DNA from: Candidatus Omnitrophota bacterium
Lineage (GTDB): Bacteria > Omnitrophota > Gorgyraeia > 1-14-0-20-64-10
Assembly (NCBI GenBank): GCA_023248155.1
Contig: JAHFFE010000004.1
Location: forward strand, 4,248-68,247
Direction: 5' to 3'
Length of the DNA stretch: 64,000 bases
Part shown: positions 36,101 to 51,100 of the stretch, in pieces
Numbering within the stretch: position 1 is the stretch's first letter
Layout: every line of letters begins with the position of its first letter
The notes under the pieces: model-generated
Told to the model about the DNA's origin: nothing
Databases searched by the model: none
What the model saw: the letters and a program-made list of their open reading frames with translations, nothing else
Translations under genes and position numbers: made by a program

Positions 36101-39100
36101 CGCGCGCGTTGAAGGGCCGGCGAGCGGCGCGGCCGCCATTTTTGCCGACGATGCGGCGATCAATTTTGACGGCCTCACGCTGACGTCGTATGCCGCGCAG
36201 GCCATGGACCTCTATGTCGTCCGCAAGAGCGGGGACCGTTTTATGTTTGAGCATGCGAGTGACGCGGAGCGCAACGCCGAGTCGGACCCCGCGAAGAATA
36301 CGGTCACGCTTGACGGCCGGGTTTTCCGTCTGCAGGACGGCCGGCCCGCGGCCGGGCTTTTGGCCGTATCCGTTGAGCCCAAAGCTTCCGCGCGCGTGCC
36401 GGGCATGCTGCTGGAAACGCGCGATACACTTTATGACGTGGAACGCAGTGAAGCCGGGGTTTATACGTTTACGGATACGGCCGGCATTGAAGCGCCGGTT
36501 TCGAGCACGCTTGAAAATAATGCTCCGGTGGCCGTGCTGAACGACCGCAAATTTAACATTCTAAGTTTAACTCCGGACACGCTCCGGCTGGTGCCGGTGG
36601 TGATCCAGGCGCCGTCGGTGACTCAGGACAAACTGGTCAGCGTGCAGGGCGTGGTTTACCAGGTCAACGCGATTGAGAACAATCAGTTCCGCCTGACGCA
36701 AATCGACACCGGCGCCGTGCAGGAAACAGTGCAGGGCCAGGTCAGCTTGAACGGCATCGTCTTTACGGTCCGCTCTGAAAACGGAATCATCCGGATTGTC
36801 CGGCCCGTGCTGACAAGCACGGCGTCTGCGGGGCAGATGATTCATGCGGCCGGCGGCTGGTATGAGGTTACTTATGACGCGGGGGCAGACCGTTATCATT
36901 TTGCGCGCCAGGACGGGCTGAGCGCTGACTCCAATGCCTTTGACGGCACGGTGGTCTTGGACGGCCGGCTGTATGAAATCCGCGTGCTGGACCCGGCCGG
37001 CCATATCCGCCTGCTGGCTAAAGGCTCTGCGGCCGGTGAGACGGCAGCGCATCGTGTTCTTCTGAATAACAGACTGTTCGAAATTAAAAAGCAGGGCAGT
37101 CAGTTTATTCTGACCAATACGGTCAATGCGGCGGAACACTACGAATCGCAAAACGGCCGTGTGACGGTGACGGATATTGCCTATGACATTACGACGGATG
37201 CCGCGGGATCCGTCATCCTGCGCCAAGCCAGCGCGGGGGCGATCGCCTCAGGCGAGGCCGTTATTCGTCTGGCGGACGGGGAGTATTTCTACACGCTGGA
37301 ATCCGGCCGTTGGCGTTTGCGCCATAAGGCGAGCGGCGCCGAGTATCTGGAAACGGCCGCGGGCCAGATTACAATCGAAACGGCAGTCTATGAAACGGAC
37401 CACAGCGCGCCGGAGACGCATTATCCGCGTCTGCGTTTTGCGCCGGTGCTGAGTACGGCGGCGGATGCGGGATCTTGGACGCCGCCGGTCAAAACTCCGC
37501 GCGTCATCGGGCCAGCGGCCAGCGGCACCAAGACACTGTTCGCTTACGGCAGATATTATGATGTGCGCGCTGAAGGCGATGAATTTGTCTTCACTGACGT
37601 GTTGACGCCGGCCACAACGTTTACCAGCGTCAACCGCCGGATCACTCAAATCGGCAGCCGTGAGCTGGCGGTGGAAGCAGGTTCGGATGGTTCAATCACG
37701 CTGCTCATGCCGCGCAAAACTTCTGAAGCGGTCAGCGTCCAATCCGTGGAAGTCTATGATCCGGCCGCAGGCAAAGGCCGGGTTTGGGATTACACGCGCT
37801 CAGGCAGCGTATTTACATTTACGTCCCAGGACAGCGCGGACGCGCTCAGCAGTGCGGACGGCAAGCAAGTAGTTCTGAGCGGGCGGACGTATGACATCAG
37901 CCTGATTAATGAAGCCTCGCTGTCCATTCAATTGTCGCTGGCCGCTGTTGAGGCCCAGCGGAACTTTGACCAGGTGATTCAAGCCGGCGGCGCGGAATAC
38001 AAAGTCAAAGCATTGTTTGCAAATGGCATCCCTACAGGCCATTACCAGTTCTTTGATGCCGCGGGTGTTCTGGCGGCTGCGACGTTCGCGGACATCGATC
38101 GTCCGGGCGAATTCCGCGTCACTCTAGACGGAGTGACCTATGAAATCAGCCATGATCCACTGACGCGTGATCTGGTGCTGGAACGCCTGCGCGCGCGCAG
38201 CCGTCCGCTGAATGACGACACGATCCTGATTTATACGGACAATCCTGAGAACGGCGTACGCTACCAGGTGAGTGCGGCCGCCGGCGGCGTTTATGTCTTC
38301 CGCAACGAAACCAGCGGCGTGGAATTCCGCAGCCTGGCGGACGGGCTGAGCGTGGTGATTGACGGGAAACTTTATACGATTCAAACCGGACGCACGCCGG
38401 TGCTTGTGACCGAAAAATCGCCTGCCGATATCACCGGCGACGGCCTGATGGACGGCCGTGATCGCCTGGCACTTGAAGACATGGCCGCCGAGCAGGCGTT
38501 TATCGATCGTGCCGACATTACGCAGGACGGCAAGGTCGATCGCGCCGACTACCGGCTGTTTGCCGGCAGCAAGGATGCCTTCCGCGACGTCAACGCGGAC
38601 GGATCGGTCAACAAGCAGGACTTGCAGGACCTGAATTTGGCCGCGGAGTATGCGCGCAACACCTACCGCCAGAATAAGGCGCTGGAATTTGATTCGGTGG
38701 TCAATCCATTCTACAGCGGCATGGCCTCGCAGCCCGCTTGGCTTTCCACATGGCTGTCGCGCTATCTGCCGGAATTTGATTCGCAAAAACTGGGCAACGG
38801 CCGCATTGAAATCGATGACGTGGTTGAATTCAAGCAGGCCTACCGCATGCTGGAATATCTGGACGATCTTGACGGCAGCGGCGCGGTGGATGAGGGCGAT
38901 CTTCAATATATCCGTGACCTCATGGGGCTTTTTAATCTGCTTAAAAAATACCGCGAAAATAATTCAGAACTGATGCCCAAGGCGCTGGTGGATAACTTCA
39001 ACATGAATAACGGCGATGTGGACCGGGACGGCTTTGTCACTGAGAAAGACAAGGCCCTGCTGCTGCAAAGCTTCCAGAATTATCTCAATTATGACTTTGT

Positions 39101-42100
39101 GGGCAATGACCGCGACGTCAATATCGCCGATGTCAAATACATTGACTCGGTCGTCAAACTGATTTTCCCGGCCAACCAGGCGCTCGAAGGCCGCCGCGCC
39201 GCGGATACGTTCAAGACCCAGGAAGGTTTCAGCACGGCCGGCCTGGTTCCCGGCAGCATCGGCGCCGGCACGCAGGGCGCTGCCGTGACCTATACGTTTG
39301 CCGTCACCGAACCCGGCGATTATTTTACGGGCCTTGCACTGCGGCCGGTTCCGGGAGAGTTCTTCGACCCGTCTTTTGTTTACCGCATCGAAGTTTCGGT
39401 GGACGGCCAATTTAAAAACTTCATCGACATTCCGGCCGTGGAATCCCGCCGCTTTGAAGAAGGCCGGCTGGCCCTGCACTTTGCGGATCAGGAGCCGGGG
39501 ACTCATGAAATCAGTTTTAAATTTGTCAATATTGACGCGCGCATGAGCGTGGAAGTGGGCAGTGTTTACCTGAATCAAAATGGGCTGGACCTGACGGGCG
39601 CGGATGTCAACGAGGACGGCCGGGTCTGGGTCGATGACGCAGACGCCTTGGATGCGCTGATTCTGGAGTTGGACCGCAACGGGGATAAACTTTTGAGCCA
39701 GGCGGATTCCGCGGCCCAGACCGAAGCCTCGCGCGCGCGTCTGCTGACGGCCCTGCGGCGTTTTGATTACGACCGCGACGGCGAGGTTACGCGCACCAAG
39801 GACGTCAAGGAAGTGCGCGAAATCGGCTGGTGGTATGTGAATGAAAAAATGCTGACGCCGTCGACCAACCGCCGCGAGGAATACCGCTACGGCGCGTCCA
39901 CGCCGGCGGCGCAATATGCCTGGGATTTCGCCATCGACGGCCAGCGGGACGGCCGCATTGACAGCAAAGACTTGCAGAAGCTGGTCGAAGCCGCGCGCGC
40001 CAAGGATTTAACAGATGACGGGCATGTGGGTCCGGAAGATCTGGTAAAACTCAACCGCCTCAAGACCTTCCTGGAACTGGACCTGCATGCGGCGGAATTA
40101 CGGCGTGCCAATGTCAATCACGATAATACCTTCAGCGTCTGGACCGGCTTTTCTAAAGACACCACGGCCGGCTCGCTTGAGTCGCTGACGCTGGCGGGCG
40201 TGGATTTCAGCGGGCACATTGACCCGATGCGCGGTGAAATTGTACTCGAACAAAAACATGCCGAGGCTTTGCTGCCCCCGGGCACGACCGTGCGTTTTGA
40301 CAATACCTATTATGCCGTGCGTCGAGGCGCTGACGGTCAGTTCATTCTCTGGACCGGCGCTCAGCCCGAGATCCATACGGAAGGCGCGCGTCATGAGGCT
40401 GTCATTAATGGCGTGCGCTATGCGATTGATCAGGATGTCGTGACAGGCCGGTATTTATTTGAGCCCGCGGCCAAAACCAGCCTGCCAGCCGGGGATTTTA
40501 TGATGCGCCTGGACGGAGAAGACTTTGCCGTGACGCTGAATGAACTGACCGGCGCCTACCGCTGGGCGAGCGGCGTTGATATCTATGAAAGCGATCCGGT
40601 AACCAGTACGGTTCGGATCCACGGCGCGGCCTATAAGATCCGGATAGCCGATGCCCAGAGCCGTCAAATTTTCCTGGAACGCTTCAGTGTTCCGGACGAA
40701 ACTGCGCAGCCGGCAAGCGTGCATGCCGCGGATCAAACCCTGCTGCTCGGGGGTACCAAGTTGACGCTCAGCCGTTTGGCGGATGGCCGCATCTTGTTCT
40801 CGGACGGCGCCAAAACCTATCTTTCGGATGCGCTGGCCAGCCGGGTCGTGATCGGGACCGGTACGTATGACATTCTGCCGGATGCCGCGAAAGATTGGAA
40901 AGTGATGCTTATGCCGGTGCCGCAGGTGAGTTCGCTGGAAGCGGCACAGGTGATTGAAATTGTTACGGAGTATCCGCCGCTGAGCGTGCACAGCGGCCGG
41001 CGCTATCTGGTGACGGGCGCGGCGGGCAGTCATATTTTCCGCGACGGCGAAAATCAATTGCGCTCAAAGATGGTCAATGGCCTTGAAATTCTGGAGACGC
41101 CTGAGAACCGCTACCAGGTCACGACCGCGGCCAACGGCGATGCGGCCCTGAGCGTGATTTTGCCGGATGACGCCGAGCTGGTGATTCCTTCCTATAGCGT
41201 GACGGCGGCCGACGGCGCCTTGAAACTGGGCGGGGACGTTTTTGAATGGGTTGAAAATCCGGCCGGGGAACCCGCGGGTTCGCTCAAACTCATGCGCGGA
41301 CTATGGTCGGCGGTGATCAAACCGGCGGATTCCAGCGTGCAGATTCTGGATAAAACTTATCTGGTCAGCCGGAACGAATACGGCTGGCCTGTGCTGACGC
41401 AAAGCCTGCCGCAAGCCGCAGCGGGCGCCGATCAAGTCATTGAAATCGGGCGTGCGCGTTATGAAGTGAGCCGTTCGGGCGATGAGATGACGTTTACGGC
41501 TGGCGCTATGACTTACACCCGTGTCGACGGAACGGTCACGCTGGAGGATGGCGTAATTTACCAGGTTGACGAAACTCAGACGGGCCGCGTGCAGTTGACG
41601 CCTGTGGCCGTGCCGGCGCTCATACAAATCCGGTCAACCGCCGATCAGCGCCTGAGCGTCGGCGCTTTGACCTACGAATTGCGCCGTACGCCGGCCGGCG
41701 CGCTTGAATTTTATCGCGAAGGCCTGCTGGCCGGCGCGGCTGCGGCGGGAGCCGCTTCGGTGACGCTGGATGGGACGGCGTATAAAATTGCGGTTCAGGA
41801 CACCGCGCGCAGTCTGGTGCGTCTTGAAGCCCTGAGCGCCTCGGCTGAGACCGTGGGCGCGGATGCGATTTTTGTCAATGGGCACTACTATACCGTTGCC
41901 ATCGACGAAGCCACGGGCCGCGTGACGCTGGACGACGGGCGTTTCCGCGTACAGTCGTCGCCGGTCAAGACCCAGACGGGCGAGCGCGTCATTCATTTAG
42001 ACGGTGTCACTTACAGTCTCAGCGTTTCGGATTACGGCGCTAAGATCCTGCTGGAGCAGCTGCACGGCCAAAGCAAGACGGAAGTTTTTGATCATGCGGT

Positions 42101-45100
42101 GATTGCCGGCGGCGTGCAGTACCGCACCTGGTACGACTATACCAGCGGCGTGTACTGGTTTGATGACGGTTATACCGTCACTGATAGCGAGCCGCTGGAT
42201 AATACGGTCAAACTGGGCGGGCTGGTCTACCAAATGGAACGCAATCCGCTGACGGATGAAATCATTCTGCATCAAAAGCAGGCCGCGCTGACTGAAAATT
42301 CCAAGATCGAACTGAAAGGAACGTTGTATTCGGTCGAAAAACGCGGCGTGACTTCCTACCGGTTTAAAGATGCGCTTGGCCACGAATACAACGGTTCGGC
42401 CGGCCGCGTGGTGACGATTGCGGGCACGGATTATCAGATCGAAGTCCTGGATGCGGTCAGTCTGCGCCTGCGTTTGAATGAAGTCAGTGCCTATACGGTT
42501 GAAGAGAACCGCGTGACGATCGGCGGTACGGAATGGACGCTGAGTGCCAACGGCCACCAGGGTTATGATTTTGCGGCCGCGCCCAAATCCGCCCGCAGCG
42601 CGGGGCCGGCTGTCGTTTATCTGGATGGCATGCGGTTTACGATCCATGTCAATGCCCAGAATGAAATGACGCTGGAAAAAGATTTTGAGAGCGTGCGTCC
42701 GCTGGATGCGGTTGAAATCGGCGGCAAACTATATGTCACGCGCTGGGATACGCTGCGTAACCGGCTGGTTTTCCTGGATGGCATGCGCCGCGTGCAAAGC
42801 GACGATTTTATGGAGACCGTCACGCTGGAAGACGTCAACGGCGCTTCGATCAATTACCGCATTACCTTTGACGGGCTGAAGCCTTCCGTGACCCTGACTG
42901 AACCGCATACGGCCGTGGAAACGGCGGTTTCTTCCGGGACTACGGTCCAGCTTGCGGGGATCAACGCTAGTTTTATCCGCGATGCTCAAAACCGGCTTGT
43001 GTTTTCAACCGCCGGCGGCACCAACATTCTGACACCCGAAGGCATCCTGTACCTGGGCGATAAGAAATACCAGGTCAGTGCCGATACCGTCAATCCGGAC
43101 GTCCTGCATTTCACGCGGATTTACGATAGCCGTGCGGTCAGCGGCCAAGTCATCCGGCTTTTCGGCCGGCTCTATGCCTTCAGCGACAACGGCGACGGCC
43201 GGGTGACGGAAGAGGATGCCGAGGCGCTCGAAGAAACGTATGCGGCGCTGGCGCAATACGATTTGACCGGCGATGGACGGCTCGACGAGCGCGACCTGGA
43301 TGCCGCCCGCGGGGATATTACGGCCCAAAAACGCGCGATCCGCAATCTCGAGACCGAGAAAGACCGGGTTGAACAGTTTATCGAAGGAACCTATGACCAG
43401 GAAATTTACAGCCGCGAATCGCTTGCGGCCGCGGATGTGGACGGCGATTTGAAACTTGAGGCCGAAGATCTGGCCGCTTGGGAAGAGAGTTTGAAACTTT
43501 TCCGCGAACTGGATGCTGAAGCGCTTGAAAAAGCCGTTGCGGCCTCGGACGCGCCGCAAATCACGGTCACAGGCCGGACGTACGGAATACGGCTCAATGC
43601 TGCCAACGAGGTGGTGCTCAAAGACGGCGAGTTGGAATGGAAATCCAATGCCGAGCGCACGCGCATTCAAATCGGGACCGTCGTGTATGATCTGAGTTTT
43701 GACGTTTTGAGCGGCCGGTACACGCTGACATCTTCAGAATCGACAACGGCCGTGGATGGCAGTGTGGTTCTCGACGGCCTGCGCTATGAAATCAAACCCT
43801 ATGACGCGCTGCGTTATGAACTCGTGCGCGGGCCTGACCATTTTATTCAGAGCGCCGGCGGCAGCGTCATCGTGGCCGGATCGGCCTGGCAGCTTGGGTC
43901 CGCCGCCGGCGCTTTTACGCTGACGCGTTCGCAAACGCTGCAATCATTGCCGGCCGCCGTTACGCTCAAAGGCGTGCGCTATGCGATTGAAAATCTAGCC
44001 GACGGTACGTTTGCGCTGGTTTCGCCCGAGGGGCTGCGGACGGTCTGGAGCGCGGCCCAACCGTCGGCGGAGATTGAACATCTGGTCTGGGATGTGACGC
44101 GCGATGCGGCGGCAGGCATTTACACGTTTAACCGCCGGGTGCAATTTGAGGCCTCCGGCAATCAGGTCCGCGTGCTCAACCGCACATTCGACATTACCGT
44201 CACGGACGACACCTTCCGCTTGTCCGATGCCCAGGGCCAGTATGACAGCTGGCGGCCGTCCGGCTTACAGCACCGCCTGCGCATCGGCACGTTCACCTAT
44301 GATGTCTCCACCGATCCCAGCGATGGCCATCTGATCCTGCGGGAACGCAATTTCGCGTCCGTGCCGGAAGGATTTACGCCGGAATTGGCGCGCAAACTGG
44401 CCCGCGAAGTGGTCTATGAAACGCTGGCGGATGTCAATAAAGACGGCATTCTCGACAAGAAAGACCGCGCGGCGCTCTATGATCCGCCGTATGAAGGCGT
44501 TTTGGCGGCCAGCGACATCAACCGCGACGGCCGGCCGGCGACAGAAGATTTCCAGGATGAGATGATCGTGGCGGCCATGATTGAGCGCGCGCGTCTCATG
44601 CGTAAGGCGGATGTGAATCAGGATAACGTTCTTGATCCCAACGACGTCACGCGTTACGAAAACAATTTACGCAACGGCATCCGCCTTGATCTTGACGGCG
44701 ACGGCGGCGGCAATGAAAAAGACCTGGAATACCTGAAAATCCTGGTCATGGAAGAGATGTTTAAAGTGCGCTTGCGCGAAAAACTCAATGCCGACAACAG
44801 CGAACGCCTGTCGAACGCGGAAGCCGATGTGCTCAACGTCACCTTGTCGCGCATGGTGGATCTCAATCAGGACGGCGTGCTTACGGCCTCGGATGCCAAG
44901 GCCATGGAGTCCCTGCACGCGTATTTTGCGTCCCTGCCGTATACCGCGGAAACCCTGGCCAAAGCCGACTTGAACCGCGACCATGTGGTCAACGGCCGTG
45001 ACATTGCGCTGTTCGAAGATGCCTTGCGTTATGCGAAAGATATCGTGGGCGGCGACGGCCTGGTCACGCAGGCAGACATTGATGCGGTCCGCGATATGAT

Positions 45101-48100
45101 CCTCGGCGGGCCGGCGGCGCCGCACCGCATTCCGCAGTTTTATCTGTCCTTTGATCAGATTTCAAAGGCGGATTACAACAAGGACGGCCGTATTTCCAAT
45201 GAGGACGTGACGGCGCTCGATAGCAGCGCCGAAGTCCGGATCAGCAAAAAAGATGCGGGGCTGGCAAATGAATTCTCAGGTTTCACGCGCGCAGGCACGA
45301 AGCTGGTCACGTCGCAGGCGGACGGACGCATTCTGTTTGAAGCGGTGGAAGCCGTGCAGGACGGCCGCTATCTCGTGGGCCTGGACCTGCTGGCTTCGGC
45401 GCCGGCCACGGTGCGTTTTGAAGTGCGTGTGGATGGCGTCAAAGCCGCCGTGATTACGGCCGACGCGGAAGCCGGGGCGCTTGTGCGCGGGACGGCGGCC
45501 ATTGAACTCGACAAAGGCGTTCATAAGATTGAGTTTGTGCGTTTGGACCGGCCCGATGCGGCGCTGGATCTCGAGGTCCATAAGTTTGCCATCACGGCGC
45601 CGCCGCGCTCGGAAGATGACATCAACTCCGACGGAATTTTGGATCAAAACGACTGGGCTTTGATCGGCCAGCTGATCGAAGGCGCCCGTATTTTGAACCA
45701 GGCCGACCTCAATCGTGACGGCCGCGTGGATAGTGCCGACCTGACGGCCTATGACAGCAGTGATGCCTCGCTGGTGCGCGACATCAACCGCAGCGGCGCG
45801 ACCACGCCTGATGACCGCGCAATGCTGGTTCAAATTCTGACCCAAAAAGAAACCGGCCGCAAAGCGGACGTCAATGAAGACGGTTTTGTGGATCTGGCGG
45901 ATGTCAGCGCGCTGGAAACCGCTTTCCGCTACCGCGTGAATTTGACAGAAGACACGGTCAGTGACGCGGCCGATCTGCAGCGCATGAAAGAAATCAGCCG
46001 CCGCTACCATACGCTTTACACCGACGACTTGGACCGTTACGACTTAAATGCAGACGGTGTGATTGACGGCCGTGACAGCGCCCTCCTCGCGGCTCAAGCC
46101 CAGGACAACGGGCTTGCTCGCGCCGCAGCCTTCATGGCCGCTCCGTCCGCCAATTTTCCGATTCAAATCGGCACGCGCCGGCTTTCCGCGGATGAGACCG
46201 CGCAAATTTTAGGCCGTGCCGGCGAACTGCGGGTCGAAGACGGGCAGTTGTGGGTGGCCCGCGAAGAACTCGAAACCTTCGATTCGGCGCAGCTGGCGGA
46301 TTTCAAAATTGAAAACGGCCTTTTCCGCGTTCAAGCCGGCGCTTTGCGCCAGAACGATACCGGCGAACGTCCGGCGCTGGCGTTTATGCAGACCGATCCG
46401 CTCAGCGATTTTACGGTCAGTACCGACATCCTGTTTACCGGTAAAAATGCCGGCGATTCCGTGGCCCAGCAAACGGCCGGTCTGTCGTTCCGGGCGCTGG
46501 ATGCCGAGGAATACTATGACGTGGTGGTCAACCGCTCCACGCGGTCTCTTGAACTGCGCAAACTGACGCGCGGCGCGGCGCCGGTGGTGCTATTTGCTCA
46601 GGCATTGACCGGAGCGGCCGGTGCCGGGTCGGGTGCGGGTGCGGCCGGGATGCCCTATCAGGGCGCTTTGCCGGACAACAGCTACTTTAATCTGGCCGTC
46701 GAAGCCCGGGGCACAAGCTTCAAGGTCTTTGTCAACGGCACCTTTGCTTTTGAGGGTACGCATGCGCTCTTCGGCCAAGGGCTGACCGGCCTGACCAGCC
46801 AGGGCGTCGAAGCCTATTTCGATAATTTTTCTGTCCAGACCTTCCGCACGGCGCAGGACATTGTGCGCAACCGCAGTGATTTGAATGATCTCAATGCCGA
46901 CGGCCGTGTCGATGCCTTTGACTATGCCGCGCTCTCCGCGCTTTCCGGGCTTGCGGCCAAAGACCTGACCGGCGATGAGTTTGTCAACCAGGACGATGCC
47001 GCGCTGCTGATGGCGCTGGCCCGCGCGGATGTCAATGCCGACGGCCGCATCAATGCGGCAGATGTGGCCCGTATGGATGTCTCCGGCAACGGCATTTTGG
47101 ATGCGGCCGATTTCGCAGCGCAAAAACAAGCAGTGACCGTCAGCCTGACCATGCTGAATTTCAATACGGCGGATGTGACCGGAGACCGCCAGGTGGATGA
47201 AAACGACATGACCTTGCTTAAAGCGGCCTTGGCCGGCCAGCGCGACGTCAACGGCGACGGCCTCTGGAACCGGCTGGACGTCAACCGTATCCGGGATGTG
47301 CTGGACTGGGCCGCCATTCAATACTCAACGCTTGTTTGGAATACGGCCAACAACACCGGCCTGGCCGATATCAACGGCGACCGCCGCATCAGCCTGCAGG
47401 ACGTTACGGATCTGGAATGGGCGATTGCGCGGCATCAGGAACACGAGGGCGAAGGTTTTCGCTTTGATATGGACGCGAACGGCAAGGTCAATCCTACGGA
47501 CCTGCTGGCGCTGGAAGAGATGCTGGATCTGATCCGCCGCGAAGAAGTGGCTCTGCCGGCGGACATGGCGCTGGGCGATATGGATCACAGCGGTACGACC
47601 GATGCCGGCGACAGCGCGCTTTTGGCCCGTGTGCTCGAAGAGGCCGCAACGGATGCCACCGGCTTTACGCTGGCGGCGCTGGATGTGGCACGCTACGACC
47701 AAAACCGCGACGGCCGCTTGGATGACAAAGATTTGACCCGGATTAATAAAGTGGTGGCGCTGATTCGCGGCAACAAGACGCGCAGCCAGGAGGATGTCAA
47801 CCGGCTGGATACGACCGGCGATGGAATCATTGACAGCGCCGACCTGACGCTGGCCGAAAAAGTTTTCGCCTATTATGCGAATGTCAACGGAACGGGCTCC
47901 GTGGATGCGGCGGACGTCCAGCAGATTCGCGACGTGCTGCGCAAACAGGACCTGGCCGTGACCGGCGATTTAATCCGCCGCGCGGATCTGGATAACTCCG
48001 GGACCGTGGGCACCGAAGACCTGCAGCTCTTTGAAAATGCCTGGGGCATCGCGCCGGTCATTGACGAAAATGCGGACGGCTGGATGTCCGCGGCCGAAAG

Positions 48101-51100
48101 CGGCGCCTATTTGTCGCTGATTCAGGGCTATATCGACCGGGGCATCCGCACGATTGATCTTTTCCAGCGCTATGACTTGAACGGCGACCGTTTGATTACC
48201 CGCGCTGATCTTGCCGTGCTGGATACGTCCATCCGGTCGCGTCTGGGCACGGTCCGCAGCCGCGAAGACTATCTGAATTTTGATGCGCCCAAGTTTACCG
48301 GCCTGCTGGAAGGCGCCGTGGATATCAACGGGGACGGCCGCCGTCTGGCCGCGGATGCGGCACGCATCCGCAGTATGGTTGCGTACAACGACTTCCTTGA
48401 GACCGGTATTTCCCGTGAGTTGTTTGCCGCTGCGGATATTGACGAAAACTTTGTGATCAACGCAACGGACGTCGAATTGCTGCAGCGGCGCCTGAATGAA
48501 ACAGAAATTTACGACATGAATTTTGACGGAGAGGTCGACGAGCGCGATGTGCAGATGCTGCGCGACATGGTGGGCGGCGTACGTAACGGCGACTTGCTTG
48601 AAATTCCCGAATACCTGAAACGCGACCTGACGGGCGACGGGCGTGTGACGGCCGCCGATACGCAGAAAATCGAGGATGTGCGCCGGGCTCACCGCGATCT
48701 TTCCATCCCGCAGGACGGCATCGTCGATTATTCGGGAACGGGTGCGGACCTCAAGATGATCGACGATTTGATCCTGCTTGAAACGGAACTTGCGAAATTC
48801 GGCCTTGGCAAAACGACCGAAGGCGTGCTGGACATTCTACGCAAGGTCGATCTCAACCGTTCCGGCCGCACGAGCGACCTGTGGAGTTTTATGGACCAGG
48901 AAGATATCGACATGCTCGAATTTGCCATGGCCGTGCGTGACAACGATTTCTACGACATCACGCGCGACGGCGTGTTTAACGAGCGCGACGTGTTTCTGGC
49001 CAATGAACTTGTGCGCGATGTGGCCAGCCCGCGCCAGCGCATCCTGAATCCGGAAGATTACGACCGCTACGACGTGGACAATAACCTCGAAATCGACTGG
49101 TACGATTACGAAGCGGTCGAAGATGCACGCAATAAGATGATGTCGTTGAATGCCACCGGCTTGATCCGTGAACGCGATGCGCTCAATATCGAGAAAATGC
49201 AAGCCTACGGCCTGGCTTTTGACCGTTCTCAATTTGACCGCCTGGATTTCAACGGCGACGGCAAGATCACCGGTTTCCTGCCGGTTGATCCCGATCATGT
49301 GGGGACTTCCGAGCGCCGGCTCGATATGCAGCAGCCGCAGCTGAAAGAATACGGCGACTACAAGTCATCCAATTACGGCAATTACAAGATTCTGTCTGAC
49401 GTCAATGCCTACTACCATCACTGGTTTAGCCGCGTCCAGCAGCATGTTGAGCGCGCGGACCGCAACGGCGACGGCTATGTCAACCAAGTCGACCAGGATT
49501 ATGTGGCCAATACCGTGCGGCAGGTGACTAACGGCGAGGAGATCAGCCTGACGGAGCGCCGCATGGCCAATCTGGACGGCAATGCGCAAATCCAGACTGC
49601 AGACCGCGACCTGCTGGAGTTTGTCAAGACCTGGGCGCGCGACATCAACGGCGACAAGCGCATCGATGAGGGCGATTCGGAAATGGCCCAGGACGTGCGC
49701 AACCGGGTCCTCCAAGCGCGCCGTATCCAGCAGGATATAACGAAGATCGATGCGATGGATTTTTATGACAATCCGCCCGTGCCGCTGGCCAGCACCTGGG
49801 TGGTCGACCAGGTGATTCGCGTGCGTTCTACGCACAAGCTTTATCGCGTCAGCCAATCCGGCTCGCGCACTGTTTTTGACAATGGCTCGACGGCGGTTGA
49901 ATCCAATGATGCGGGTACAGAGGTCACGCTCGACGGGCAGCTCTATCAGATCACCGCTTCGGGTCTGACGCGCATTGATCTGCGCATCGCGGATGAAATC
50001 GTCAGTGACACGCTGGCTCCCAACCGGGTGTTGAAATTGAGCGGCATGCTTTATGAAGTCATTCCGGCCGGAACCGGCGCGTATGTGTTTAAAGCCGGGG
50101 ATGGGCTGGGAACCGAGTGGAAGAGCCTGGCCTCGACCAAGAGCGTGGATATCGACATAAACGGCGTGAAGAAAATTTTCGGCGTGGAGTATCTGCCGGC
50201 CACCGAAGAAGTGCGTTTGACCGAACGGTTCGCCCTCGAAGGCGGCGATGCCAAGACCCTGCTGGGCTTGATCGAAGATTATCTGCAGGGCGGCCTGGAT
50301 GTGGCCGGCTATGAAGAGGAAGCCATCGGCCATGCGCTGGAATCGCTGCTGGACCAAAACTCCAATGACCAGGCGGATGCCAATGATCTCAAAGCACTGG
50401 CCGGTTTGATCGAACAGTTCAAAGTCAGCGTCACGCGCCCCGAACCGCCGCGGCCCCAGACCACGCTTTTAACGGAGGATGCCGACCGTGAAAAAGCCAA
50501 GGAAGCTTTTAATTTCATGGATTTTGACCTGAACCGCAACGGCACGATCGACGCCGATGAAGAAAGCCGTGCCCGCGGCATTCTGAATCAAATGCTCAAG
50601 TACAGTTTGACGACCCAGACCCAGCTGACGCGCGCTGACATCAATGGCGACGGCCTCGTCAACGGCATTGATTCCAGCCTGCTTGGTAAATCCATCGGCC
50701 GTTATTTTGACGTGGATGGCGATACGCTCGTCGATCAAACCGACCTGGGCCTGTTCGGAAAACTCCAGGAATACCTGAGTTATAACATCACGGCGGATGA
50801 AGTTGCGCATGCGGATCAAAATCAGAACGGCGCGTTTACGTCCGATGATTCGGACATCTTTTTCCACCTGCTTGAGAATTTCCGCACGGCCGATTTCAAC
50901 CGCGACGATAAACTGTCAGCCGAGGACCTTTTTGAAATCCAGGCGGCCGTGCGCGCGGCCCAGGCCGGCAATGCCGAAGACATCCAGGCCAAGGCGGCGC
51001 GTTACGATCTCAACGGCGACGGCAATGTCAACGCCAAGGATGCCGAACTGCTTGAAATTGCGCTGGCGCGAAATGTAGACGTCAACGGCGACGGTTATGT

